IMG/VR virus record: IMGVR_UViG_3300027486_000001
Coordinates: 1-37,161 of that record
From: a virus
Length of the DNA: 37,161 nucleotides
Direction: 5' to 3' (one strand)
Position 1 is the stretch's first letter. The number at the start of each line of letters is the position of its first letter. Made by a program: the position numbers and the translations under genes. The notes under the pieces are model-generated. The model searched no databases and was not told the DNA's origin. It saw only the letters and a list, made by a program, of their open reading frames with translations. Shown here in pieces: positions 18,689 through 25,928 of the stretch.

Positions 18689-20400
18689 TGGCATTTGACT
18701 TATCAAGCGCAAAGCCAGCATCAGCGGGATTTGACCTGTCTTCAGCGAAGCCGGTTGAACAAAAGAAGTCAAGCGTAGTTGACGACATTAAGCAGGGCGT
18801 TGGCAATCTAGTTGCTGGTGGCATTCGTGGAGCTGGCTCAATCGGTGCAACATTGCTGTATCCGATCGATAAGGCCCAAGATCTGTACTACGGTGATCGA
18901 AATGCTGGAGTAACAAGCCTAGTCACAGGAAAGAAGCCATTAAGCCGAAACGAAGAACGCAGACAGCAGATGGATGAAGGGTTGCGCAGTCTGGGCGCTG
19001 ATCCGGAATCATTGCTATACAAGGGTGGGAAACTCGCCGGAGAGGTAGCTGGAACGGCTGGAGTTGGTGGCGCATTGGCTAACGGTGTGCGAATGACTGC
19101 GGCAGTTGGCGGGAGGGCTATTCCGTCGGCAGTTGAGCCGGTTTTGAATGCTATTGCATCGTCAGGAATGTCAACAGGCGGGGCAGTTGCTCAAGGGGGC
19201 AAGGAAGTAACAAAGAACCTTATTACTCGTGCGGCAGGCGGTGCAATTACCGGCGGTGCATCCGCTGGATTGGTTGAGCCTTCTCAGGCAAGCGATGGCG
19301 CAATTGTTGGTGCGGTGCTTCCGCCAGCATTAGCAACGGTAGGGAAAGTTGGCTCCACAATTGGTAAAGGCGTTCGCACAGCAACGAAGAACGCATTGGG
19401 CCTTTCAACTGGTGTTGGTGCTGAACCAATCAGCCAAGCGTTCAAGGCTGGGCAATCGGGGAACCAATCATTTTTGAACAACCTCAAAGGCGATGTTCAA
19501 CTGACTGATGTTCTTGATGAGGCGAAATCTGGATTGCAGGCAATGAACGCAGCCAAAGCTGCTGAGTATCGAAGCGGGATGATCCCAATCAAAGGGGATA
19601 AATCCGTACTAAGCTTAGATGGCATTAGCAAAGCGATTGATGATGCTGGTGCAGTTGCCACATACAAAGGCCAGGTAAAGAACGAGTCAGCAAATGCTGC
19701 GGTTGAAAAAATGCGGGCAATTGTTGATGAGTGGAAATCCCTTGACCCTGCTCAGTTTCACACGCCGGAAGGTTTGGATGCCTTGAAACAAAAGCTGGGA
19801 GGCGTCATTGAGTCAATCCCATTCAATGAAAAGCAAGCCCGTCTAGCCGCAAACAAGGTTTACAACGCCACAAAATCAGAGATTGAATCCCAAGCTCCAA
19901 CCTATGCCAAGGTAATGAAGGGCTACCAAACGGCATCAGATCAAATCTCTGAAATTGAGCGTGCGTTGTCGCTTGGTGATCGTGCGTCAAAAGATACGGC
20001 AATGCGAAAGCTGCAATCTTTGATGCGCAACAACGTTCAAACAAACTACGGAAATCGATTGTCTTTGGCGAAGACGCTGGAAGGTCAAGGCGGCGTCGAG
20101 TTGATGCCAGCGCTATCAGGCCAGGCGCTCAATTCATGGACTCCGCGTAGTTTGTCTGGGCAAATTGGGGCGGGGGCGACAGCGCTCAGTGCGGCAAGTA
20201 ATCCTCTGACATTAGCTGCTCTGCCACTTCAAAGCCCGCGCCTTGTAGGCCAGTTAGCCTATGGAGCGGGTAGGCTATCTGGTGTGGCGTCAAGATCTGC
20301 GTCATTAGGAAAGAACCCGCTGGCTGCGATAGCTAATGATCCATCTCCTATTGCTCAGTTTGGTTATCGTGTTGGCCCCGTGATAACGGCTGACCGGTAA
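18688..20400 (+). CDS. Internal virion / DNA-ejection protein candidate (about 570 aa, Gly/Ala-rich)
   Basis: ATG 18688 overlaps the upstream TGA (TGATG); the track lists GTG 18685. It begins with a tandem motif (FDLSSAKPASAGFDLSSAKP), followed by a Gly/Ala-rich hydrophobic region. Confidence 0.6.
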   Translation: MAFDLSSAKPASAGFDLSSAKPVEQKKSSVVDDIKQGVGNLVAGGIRGAGSIGATLLYPIDKAQDLYYGDRNAGVTSLVTGKKPLSRNEERRQQMDEGLRSLGADPESLLYKGGKLAGEVAGTAGVGGALANGVRMTAAVGGRAIPSAVEPVLNAIASSGMSTGGAVAQGGKEVTKNLITRAAGGAITGGASAGLVEPSQASDGAIVGAVLPPALATVGKVGSTIGKGVRTATKNALGLSTGVGAEPISQAFKAGQSGNQSFLNNLKGDVQLTDVLDEAKSGLQAMNAAKAAEYRSGMIPIKGDKSVLSLDGISKAIDDAGAVATYKGQVKNESANAAVEKMRAIVDEWKSLDPAQFHTPEGLDALKQKLGGVIESIPFNEKQARLAANKVYNATKSEIESQAPTYAKVMKGYQTASDQISEIERALSLGDRASKDTAMRKLQSLMRNNVQTNYGNRLSLAKTLEGQGGVELMPALSGQALNSWTPRSLSGQIGAGATALSAASNPLTLAALPLQSPRLVGQLAYGAGRLSGVASRSASLGKNPLAAIANDPSPIAQFGYRVGPVITADR

Positions 20401-20479
20401 GACCTCGCCATAGGCCCCATCCAAAAGCCAGGACAAGCAGGACAACAGCCTTCCATATCTTGAATTGCAAGTAACTCAT
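20348..20479 (-). CDS. Possible antisense micro-ORF (43 aa) encoding a single-pass membrane peptide
   Basis: Hand translation gives MSYLQFKIWKAVVLLVLAFGWGLWRGLTGQPLSRGQHDNQTEQ. An AGGGGG motif lies 4 nt upstream of the ATG. It overlaps the 3' end of the 18688-20400 gene by 53 nt, convergently. Below the track length cutoff. Confidence 0.25.
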   Translation of the reverse strand: MSYLQFKIWKAVVLLVLAFGWGLWRGLTGQPLSRGQHDNQTEQ

Positions 20480-20560
20480 GCAGCCCCCTAATCCCCGTTG
20501 AGGCGGGATAGACCTTAAAATTCAACAACTCTTAACGCCGAGATGGCGCTGGAGACAGAA

Positions 20561-22468
20561 ATGACAGCAAGCCTGACAGGCGTATTTAGCCTGCAAGAAT
20601 TCACGGACCTTGGCGTGCCAATGGTAGGTGGCCGACTTTACACCTACACCTACGGGACGACAACCCACAAAACGGCGTACACCGACAAAGCGGGAACCAT
20701 CCCGCACACATATACCAGTGATGGTGTTGGCGGTCAGTACATCGCGTTGAATGCTCGCGGCGAATTGCCCGCCCCGTTGTATCTGGCATCGGGTAGCTAC
20801 GACATTGCGCTCAAAACATCGACGGGCGCAACTGTTTGGACGCGTCGGGCTGATCCTGGTGATGATGCTTCTGAAGCGATAAGCGCCGCAATTCGCGCCG
20901 ATCTTGTATCAACGGATAGCGGCAAGGGAAACACGCTAGTTTCCTACGTCAAGACGGCGGCTGAAACAACAGCCGGGGCGGACATCGTCAACGGATTCTA
21001 TCCACCATGCCACCCATACCGCTACGGCACGAACACAACTCCAGGCACAACCGACATGCGGGCAGCGTTCCAGATGTCCATTGCTGTTGCGCAAGCTCAG
21101 GCCCAATCGTCTGGCGCTCAAGTTGATGTTGATTGGCGCGTGTCTGGGGTTCACCTGATCGGTGCGGTAGCCTCGTCTGATAGCTCCAACCTGACGACAG
21201 GCAAATACAACGGGCTGATCGTTCCGTTCACGGCAGATGACATTGATGGCGGAGGCACACCAGGCCGAATTCGTATCTTGTCTAGTCCGTCTCTCAAACT
21301 CAAGGCCGGTGCGGACAGCATGATCGTGCTGCGCTGGTGCGATAGCAAATCGCATCTGATCGGATTCCCTGTTATCGATGGCAACGGGAAAGCCAACGCG
21401 TGGGGCGTGGCAATGGTCCCCGCGTCGATGACTCAAACGACGACTTGCGTGTTCCAGTGCTACAACCACATCGAAGTCGCTACGCAGGGCTGCACTGAAG
21501 GCCTGGTTATGCAACAAGGCCCGACTGTATTGGGCCGTGACTCAGGCTGCTGGTACAACACGATCCACTATTACGGATACAACAACACGCGTCACCGCTG
21601 GCTCAAAGAAGCGGCGCTTGGCAGCAGCGTTGCAACCACTCGAAACACGTTCAATGGACGCTGCGGCGGTGGCAACAGCAACACTGGTGCTCAGTACGAT
21701 TCAGGCGCGGAAAACTACGACTACATCCACGACGAAGGCATCACCTACGGCACAAGCCCGAACGCAACGCCAACGGCACGTAAGATACTAGCAACCCCTC
21801 CGACGCAAGCTGGCACGAACGAGGACAACTACTTTGAGGGTCTGGTCGAAGCGTCTACCCGCTGGTATGACAATGCAGCGCAGAACACGCATATCGTTCG
21901 CAATCCGCTGGATGAATCAAAGTGTCTATTCACTGTCCGGCCCTTGCATATTGAAGGCCGGAAGGTTGGTGGGCTTCAGAGATTAGAGCTGCAAGAACTA
22001 GTCTCTACCGTTCGATCTGCGATGTATGGGCCTGTCGCATTCCAAACAGCGGGCAACGCTGCAAAGGCTGCAACGATCAGTTCTAACTGCGGCGTGAGCA
22101 ACACGTATAACGGGCTCCTTTTTCAAAGCAACACGAAAGAAGACGGTTCGCAAGGAAACGTGGCTTTGCCTTCTTGGGCTATCGATGTTGGCGGTTATGA
22201 CAATGCAACATACCCCGGCACATCTGACAGCGTTTCGATCTTGCGCAAGCCAGCCGGTGGATCTTGGTCTGTTGTCATGAGGGTTGGCAGTTCTGGTCAA
22301 TTGGTGCTTCCAGTCTTCACAGTTGCCAGCCTTCCAAGCGCGGCAACAGCGTACCAAAAAGCATTTGTGTCAGATGCCAACGCAACGACATTCAACAGCA
22401 TCGTTGCAGGAGGAGGGGCCAACAAAGTGCCGGTCTACAGCGATGGCACCAACTGGCGCATTGGCTAA
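20561..22468 (+). CDS. Tailspike / tail fibre with a conserved N-terminal anchor and a beta-helix-like body
   Basis: ATG 20561 has GGAGA 5 nt upstream (the track start is 20543). The N terminus (FTDLGVPMVGGRLYTYTYGTTTHKTAYTDKAGTIPHT...YDIALKTSTGATVWT) is the common proteobacterial phage tail-fibre N-domain pattern. The central region has beta-helix-like repeats. It is the last structural gene and is followed by a terminator. Confidence 0.75.
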   Translation: MTASLTGVFSLQEFTDLGVPMVGGRLYTYTYGTTTHKTAYTDKAGTIPHTYTSDGVGGQYIALNARGELPAPLYLASGSYDIALKTSTGATVWTRRADPGDDASEAISAAIRADLVSTDSGKGNTLVSYVKTAAETTAGADIVNGFYPPCHPYRYGTNTTPGTTDMRAAFQMSIAVAQAQAQSSGAQVDVDWRVSGVHLIGAVASSDSSNLTTGKYNGLIVPFTADDIDGGGTPGRIRILSSPSLKLKAGADSMIVLRWCDSKSHLIGFPVIDGNGKANAWGVAMVPASMTQTTTCVFQCYNHIEVATQGCTEGLVMQQGPTVLGRDSGCWYNTIHYYGYNNTRHRWLKEAALGSSVATTRNTFNGRCGGGNSNTGAQYDSGAENYDYIHDEGITYGTSPNATPTARKILATPPTQAGTNEDNYFEGLVEASTRWYDNAAQNTHIVRNPLDESKCLFTVRPLHIEGRKVGGLQRLELQELVSTVRSAMYGPVAFQTAGNAAKAATISSNCGVSNTYNGLLFQSNTKEDGSQGNVALPSWAIDVGGYDNATYPGTSDSVSILRKPAGGSWSVVMRVGSSGQLVLPVFTVASLPSAATAYQKAFVSDANATTFNSIVAGGGANKVPVYSDGTNWRIG

Positions 22469-22497
22469 CACCCCAATCAGGGCGATTTACTAGAACT

Positions 22498-22535
22498 CCC
22501 GCGCGTCGAGCGGCAGAGGCGCGGGTTCTTTTCTT
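22498..22535 (+). terminator. Rho-independent terminator after the tailspike
   Basis: CCCGCGC (22498-22504), a 14-nt loop, GCGCGGG (22519-22525), then TTCTTTTCTT. Confidence 0.7.
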
Positions 22536-22553
22536 GGCCGTCTACGGATCGTA

Positions 22554-22757
22554 ATGACAGTGCATCAGATGGACGCAGATACACCAACCACACACCCAGA
22601 GATGGCAGTTTTGAAAATGGCGTTGGCTTGGCTTGGTTATGTGATCGGCTCGATCACCTTACAACAGGTGGTTTTGGCTTTGACCGGCCTTTATACGGCT
22701 TTGCAGATTTACCTGTTGATCCGTGATCGGATCATTCGGGACAAGGAGAAGGCATGA
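22554..22757 (+). CDS. Holin candidate (67 aa, two TM segments, charged C terminus)
   Basis: LKMALAWLGYVIGSI and VVLALTGLYTALQIYLLI are followed by RDRIIRDKEKA. Several in-frame Met codons allow dual starts. It is the first gene of the lysis cassette. Confidence 0.6.
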   Translation: MTVHQMDADTPTTHPEMAVLKMALAWLGYVIGSITLQQVVLALTGLYTALQIYLLIRDRIIRDKEKA

Positions 22758-22990
22758 AGCTAATTGACGAATGGCGCACCGCTTGGAAGTTTCTGAGCGT
22801 GCAGGCCAATGTGTTGGGTGGCGCGATGGCTTCGGCTTATGCGACCTTCTACCCGCAACTGAAAGACACGATCAGCCCGTCGGCAATGGGCTACCTGACC
22901 GGCGCGGTGTTCGCTCTTGGTGTGATTGGCCGAGTTATCTCTCAGCAACCGAAAGAGCCGGACGAATCCAAGGCTGAGGTTCATCCATGA
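22754..22990 (+). CDS. Second holin-like / lysis membrane protein (78 aa)
   Basis: ATGA overlap upstream and an AAGGAGAAGG RBS. It has two hydrophobic segments (ANVLGGAMASAYATFY, YLTGAVFALGVIGRVI). Confidence 0.6.
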   Translation: MKLIDEWRTAWKFLSVQANVLGGAMASAYATFYPQLKDTISPSAMGYLTGAVFALGVIGRVISQQPKEPDESKAEVHP

Positions 22991-23391
22991 AACTCGAACT
23001 CAAGCGCACTGAATGTGGGGCCGTCTGCACTATCGGTGAGCTACTGGTCGATGGCGCTCACGAATGCTGGACGCTTGAGGACGTAGTAAGGGCTGATGGC
23101 GTCAAGGTGTATGGCGAGACGGCTATCCCTGCTGGCACTTATCAGGTTGACATTACCTACAGCCCACGATTCAAGCGTGACTTGCCTTTGCTGATCGGGG
23201 TTCAGAACTTCATCGGCATTCGGATTCATCCAGGCAACACGGCGAGCGATACCGAAGGCTGCATTCTGGTAGGGCAGGGTAAGGGCAAAAACGTGATTTT
23301 GGAGAGCCGCGCAGCCTTTGCCATGCTCATGGGCAAACTGTGTGCAGCCAAGAAGCGAGGCGAGCCCATCACCATCGAGGTGGGTGCATGA
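22987..23391 (+). CDS. DUF5675-like (YkuD-like His...Gly-Cys motif) protein; candidate non-canonical endolysin
   Basis: 134 aa. CTIGELLVDG...CWTLED...IPAGTYQV...IRIHPGNTASDTEGCILVGQ matches the DUF5675 pattern as I recall it. It sits between the holins and spanins, where an endolysin is expected. No lysozyme, amidase or transglycosylase motif was seen elsewhere in the window. Confidence 0.55.
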   Translation: MKLELKRTECGAVCTIGELLVDGAHECWTLEDVVRADGVKVYGETAIPAGTYQVDITYSPRFKRDLPLLIGVQNFIGIRIHPGNTASDTEGCILVGQGKGKNVILESRAAFAMLMGKLCAAKKRGEPITIEVGA

Positions 23392-23714
23392 GAGAAATCC
23401 TAGCCATCATCCTTGCCTTGTGCTTGGTAGCTGGTGCTGGTGGATTCGTCGGAAACCGGCTCAAGCAATCCGAGTGGGATCGGTCAATCATCGCAACCAG
23501 CGAGGCTCAAGACAAAGCCCTAGACGCTGCGGCCAAAGCCATCGCACAGATTGACGTCAAGCAGCAAACCATTGTCCAAAGGGTCACCCATGAGACTGTC
23601 GAAAAGCCTGTCTATCGTGATTGCGTCAACGATTCTGGCGTCATGCGCGACATCAATGCCGCCATCCAATCCGCTGATCGTGGCGAATTGCCCACCTCTA
23701 GCCCCAATGACTGA
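23388..23714 (+). CDS. Rz: i-spanin (Rz-like)
   Basis: The in-frame ATG at 23388 overlaps the lysin stop (ATGA). It has an N-terminal TM (ILAIILALCLVAGAGGFV) and then a charged helical periplasmic domain. It contains the start of Rz1 in the +1 frame. Confidence 0.75.
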   Translation: MREILAIILALCLVAGAGGFVGNRLKQSEWDRSIIATSEAQDKALDAAAKAIAQIDVKQQTIVQRVTHETVEKPVYRDCVNDSGVMRDINAAIQSADRGELPTSSPND

Positions 23715-23805
23715 TCCGTCATTTGGTGCGACTGTGCGCAAGCTGGTGGACGTTGCGGGCCAGTACAACAAGTGTCGGGCCGCTGCGCTGGGAATAGCGG
23801 AATAG
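23590..23805 (+). CDS. Rz1: o-spanin lipoprotein (Rz1-like), overlapped architecture
   Basis: MRLSKSLSIVIASTILASC has a lipobox (LASC) followed by a Pro-rich mature region. It starts inside Rz in another frame and extends 91 nt beyond the Rz stop. Confidence 0.75.
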   Translation: MRLSKSLSIVIASTILASCATSMPPSNPLIVANCPPLAPMTDPSFGATVRKLVDVAGQYNKCRAAALGIAE

Positions 23806-23922
23806 GTGAGGGCTCCGCTTGAATGCCGTTGCCCAAGTATGAGTCTTCGGCGGGACGCAGTTACCCTCACGGTTGCTGACTGGTTGGCCCTCTAAACCCG
23901 GTAGCGTCTATGGCTACAGCGC

Positions 23923-23941
23923 AATCAGCATGCGTGAAGGC
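23923..23941. repeat. Direct repeat copy 1: AATCAGCATGCGTGAAGGC
   Basis: Matches 24091-24109 at 17 of 19 positions. Both copies contain the GCATGC palindrome and are followed within about 20 nt by CCGGG. Confidence 0.8.
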
Positions 23942-24090
23942 TGAGAGCGACCGGGAACCCCCAATCCTGCGACTTGCGCTTGACTCTCACGACTGCTCAC
24001 TAGGTCCACCAGAATCACTCTGGTCGCGTTGCTGGCGGTGGAGGTTCAGTCCGGTCGCCACCTTGACTTGAGTTGTACCGTCTCAAATCT

Positions 24091-24109
24091 AATGAGCATG
24101 CGTGAAAGC
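24091..24109. repeat. Direct repeat copy 2: AATGAGCATGCGTGAAAGC
   Basis: Lies 168 nt downstream of copy 1, with 17/19 identity. Confidence 0.8.
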
Positions 24110-24135
24110 CCCGACATTCGCCGGGTGCCTGCATT

Positions 24136-24327
24136 TTAACCATCGCCGGGAGGCGTGGCAAGGCGCACTTCTGCGATTGAGTTTTCATCGGCAATGTAGC
24201 CATCTGGAAACGCGCTGCAAGCGGCGACAGCAACCCACATTTTGCGGGCCTTAGTCACTTCGCCCGCATACCACTGCTCATCGCCATGCAAGCGAACATC
24301 AACGCATTGACCGTCCTGCATATCCAT
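24136..24327 (-). CDS. Moron-like small protein (63 aa)
   Basis: The in-frame ATG at 24327 lies directly after the upstream stop (24330-24332), with GGAGGGG upstream. Peptide is MDMQDGQCVDVRLHGDEQWYAGEVTKARKMW.... The track start at 24375 would overlap the upstream gene. Confidence 0.55.
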   Translation of the reverse strand: MDMQDGQCVDVRLHGDEQWYAGEVTKARKMWVAVAACSAFPDGYIADENSIAEVRLATPPGDG

Positions 24328-24329
24328 CC

Positions 24330-24554
24330 TCACCCCTCCAGCCCGAAGCGGGCGCGGATCTGATCTCCAATGCAATGCGGCACCGGCCCATAGTCGCTAT
24401 CGTCTGCCAGCTTCGCGCACTCACGCGCCACGGCCTGCACTAGCTTTGTGATTTCTTCAGCATAGTCACCGTATTCAGTGATCATTCGTCCATCTTTTGA
24501 GTCTGGATAAATCAGCCCAGCCTCTACCGCCAGTCTCTTGATGTGCTCTTGCAT
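24330..24554 (-). CDS. Moron-like small protein (74 aa), paralogous in pattern to 27360-27596
   Basis: An AAGGA RBS lies 7 nt upstream of ATG 24554. The pattern IKRLAVEAGL...ITKLVQAVARECAKL...C..DQIRA parallels IKKWADEAGF...FTQLVASHKQEQCAKV...QCETAIKA in the early-operon gene. Confidence 0.65.
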   Translation of the reverse strand: MQEHIKRLAVEAGLIYPDSKDGRMITEYGDYAEEITKLVQAVARECAKLADDSDYGPVPHCIGDQIRARFGLEG

Positions 24555-24815
24555 GTCAGTCCTTTGGGTGGGTGGATTCGTTGGTACAAAACGATGCTGT
24601 AAGCTGTTGATTCATAACGTCTTGCATTGTGCTCAATTGTGCCTAAAAACAGTGGGTTTTTTCACAGCATTTTCAAGCCTAAGTCTTTGATTTCTAAGGC
24701 TGAATTTTCTGTACTCTTTGTCTGCATGGGCAACATGCCATGAACGCAGGCAGACCCAATAGATAAAGGCGAAAGTTCACGCGGGTACAAATCGGGATCA
24801 AATCCGGGAACAAAA
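24555..24815. other. Probable attP region (non-coding, adjacent to the 3' end of lambda-type int)
   Basis: It occupies the same position as lambda attP relative to int. It contains the tandem imperfect repeats CAAATCGGGA (24788-24797) and CAAATCCGGGA (24799-24809). The core was not identified. Confidence 0.35.
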
Positions 24816-24826
24816 CTAGGCCCGGA
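24803..24826 (-). terminator. Hairpin spanning the int stop codon (tI/sib-like position)
   Basis: On the minus strand, UCCGGG, a 12-nt loop containing the UAG stop, then CCCGGA, followed by UUUGAUCCCGAUUUG. Confidence 0.35.
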
Positions 24827-25928
24827 CTTCGATCCATTCCGCCCCTCGCGAGTCCATGTAAATGTCGGTAGTGGTGCCCTGCTTGTGGCCTGCCAATGTC
24901 TGCGAAAAATCCCGCCCGCAAGCGTCTCCGTAGATCCTCAGGGCTAAGGATCTGATTTCGTGCAGGGTTGGCGGCAAGCGCCCTTCAGGCCAAGACAAAC
25001 CGGACAGATCACGCGCACGCTGGATGCCCTTTGATGCGCCATTGAGTGCAATCGGGTCTCCAGGGTTTGCGAGTGTCCTCCTGACGTTGTGGTGCAGCAT
25101 GTGGCGAGACAAAACAGAGTCTCTGCACTCCTTGATGGTGTCGCCTAGATTCCATCCGACGCCGGGAAGCGTCAAGGAAACGGGCAGTTTGATCCTTGCG
25201 CCAGTTTTGCCGCGCTCATTCCACAGGAACCCATCGCGCACGTCAGAAAACTCCCACGAAACGAGGCATTCTCTCGGCTGCGCTGATACAAGAGCCAGCT
25301 TCATGCAACGTGCGACCCACTTATCAGGCATGGTTTGTGCTGACTCGTAGACCTGCATGAACGTTTCAAGCGTCCACCGCTCCCGCTTCACTTTTGCCGA
25401 CTTGACGCCTAAGGTTTCGGCGGGGTTGCTGTTCACAATCCCACGCTTTGCCGCCTCTTTCCAAATGTCGATCATGACTGACCGAGTTTGGCCCGCCTGG
25501 CGATCATTTCCTTTCTCACTGATTGGGCCTGTCACTAGGTCGTGCATATCCTTCACGGTGACGCGGCACATGACCATAGACCCAAGACCGGAATCGATGC
25601 GCCTCAAGTTGCTTTGCAGTGTCTTGATCGTGTTGGCCTTTGCCCCTCGATCCTTCACGGCTTCAAGGTAATCGGGAATGAATTCTGAAACGGTGCGCAA
25701 TCCTTCTGTGCTGATTCGGTCTACCAGGCGCACAGCAGCGGCCATTCCAGACAACTTAACGTTCGCCTCGATGGCCTGAATCCTGGCGCGGTTGAAGTCT
25801 GCGCCCAAGCTGTAACGCTTCCCGGTTGCCGGGTGCTGCCAGAAGTAGAAAACCCCAGTTTCACGCTCGCGGCTGTAAAGGTGAGGGGGCCAGCCCTTGC
25901 GGGCCGGTTTGCGCGGTCTTGATGCCAT
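24816..25928 (-). CDS. int: Tyrosine integrase, lambda Int type
   Basis: 370 aa. The N-terminal arm-binding region (PPHLYSRERETGVFYFWQHPATGKRYSLGADFNRARIQAIEANVKL) closely parallels lambda Int as I recall it (PPNLYIRNNGYYCYRDPRTGKEFGLG...AITEAIQANIEL). The C-terminal catalytic motifs LHEIRSL (HxxR) and TTDIYMD (Tyr) are present. Confidence 0.92.
   Translation of the reverse strand: MASRPRKPARKGWPPHLYSRERETGVFYFWQHPATGKRYSLGADFNRARIQAIEANVKLSGMAAAVRLVDRISTEGLRTVSEFIPDYLEAVKDRGAKANTIKTLQSNLRRIDSGLGSMVMCRVTVKDMHDLVTGPISEKGNDRQAGQTRSVMIDIWKEAAKRGIVNSNPAETLGVKSAKVKRERWTLETFMQVYESAQTMPDKWVARCMKLALVSAQPRECLVSWEFSDVRDGFLWNERGKTGARIKLPVSLTLPGVGWNLGDTIKECRDSVLSRHMLHHNVRRTLANPGDPIALNGASKGIQRARDLSGLSWPEGRLPPTLHEIRSLALRIYGDACGRDFSQTLAGHKQGTTTDIYMDSRGAEWIEVRA

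Larger units (their letters stand above)
23806..24135. other. ORF-free spacer of 330 nt with hairpins and direct repeats; candidate structured RNA or att-associated region
   Basis: No ORF of 60 aa or more lies wholly inside it. A 7-bp perfect stem GTGAGGG (23806-23812) / CCCTCAC (23864-23870) forms right after the Rz1 stop. Further hairpins are ACCAGA/TCTGGT (24008-24024) and GGTGG/CCACC (24037-24062). It also holds two 19-nt near-identical direct repeats. Confidence 0.4.

Noticed and set aside
20561-22468. A diversity-generating retroelement near the tail-fibre gene, as in Bordetella BPP-1-like podoviruses
   Set aside because: No reverse transcriptase ORF exists anywhere in the window. I saw no template/variable repeat pair at the tailspike 3' end.
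23901-23917. GTAGC-GTCTATG-GCTAC, an anticodon-arm-like hairpin with CTA in the loop (an amber suppressor tRNA?)
   Set aside because: Position 37 would be a pyrimidine. No D-arm, T-arm (GTTC) or acceptor stem can be drawn around it.
24037-24062. GGTGGAGGTTCAGTCCGGTCGCCACC, containing a GGTTCAGTCC T-loop-like string (a tRNA or tmRNA 3' end?)
   Set aside because: I could not build a T-stem, an acceptor stem or a cloverleaf on either strand. Only a 5-bp GGTGG/CCACC stem forms.
23923-24109. Two 19-nt repeats, considered as a CRISPR mini-array or the boundaries of a MITE
   Set aside because: There are only two copies, 168 nt apart. There are no further repeats, no cas genes and no terminal inverted repeats. 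They are reported only as direct repeats.
24015-24233. A 72-aa minus-strand ORF reaching into the ORF-free region
   Set aside because: It overlaps the better-supported coupled moron gene (24136-24327) in another frame. It is Pro/Arg/Ala-rich and has no RBS.
24794-24808. GGGATCAAATCCGGG, which looks like a tRNA T-arm or the 3' end of a tRNA at attP
   Set aside because: The flanking bases do not form a 5-bp T-stem (only 2 bp pair). No acceptor stem or CCA context is present. It is better explained as part of tandem CAAATC(C)GGGA repeats and of the hairpin over the int stop.
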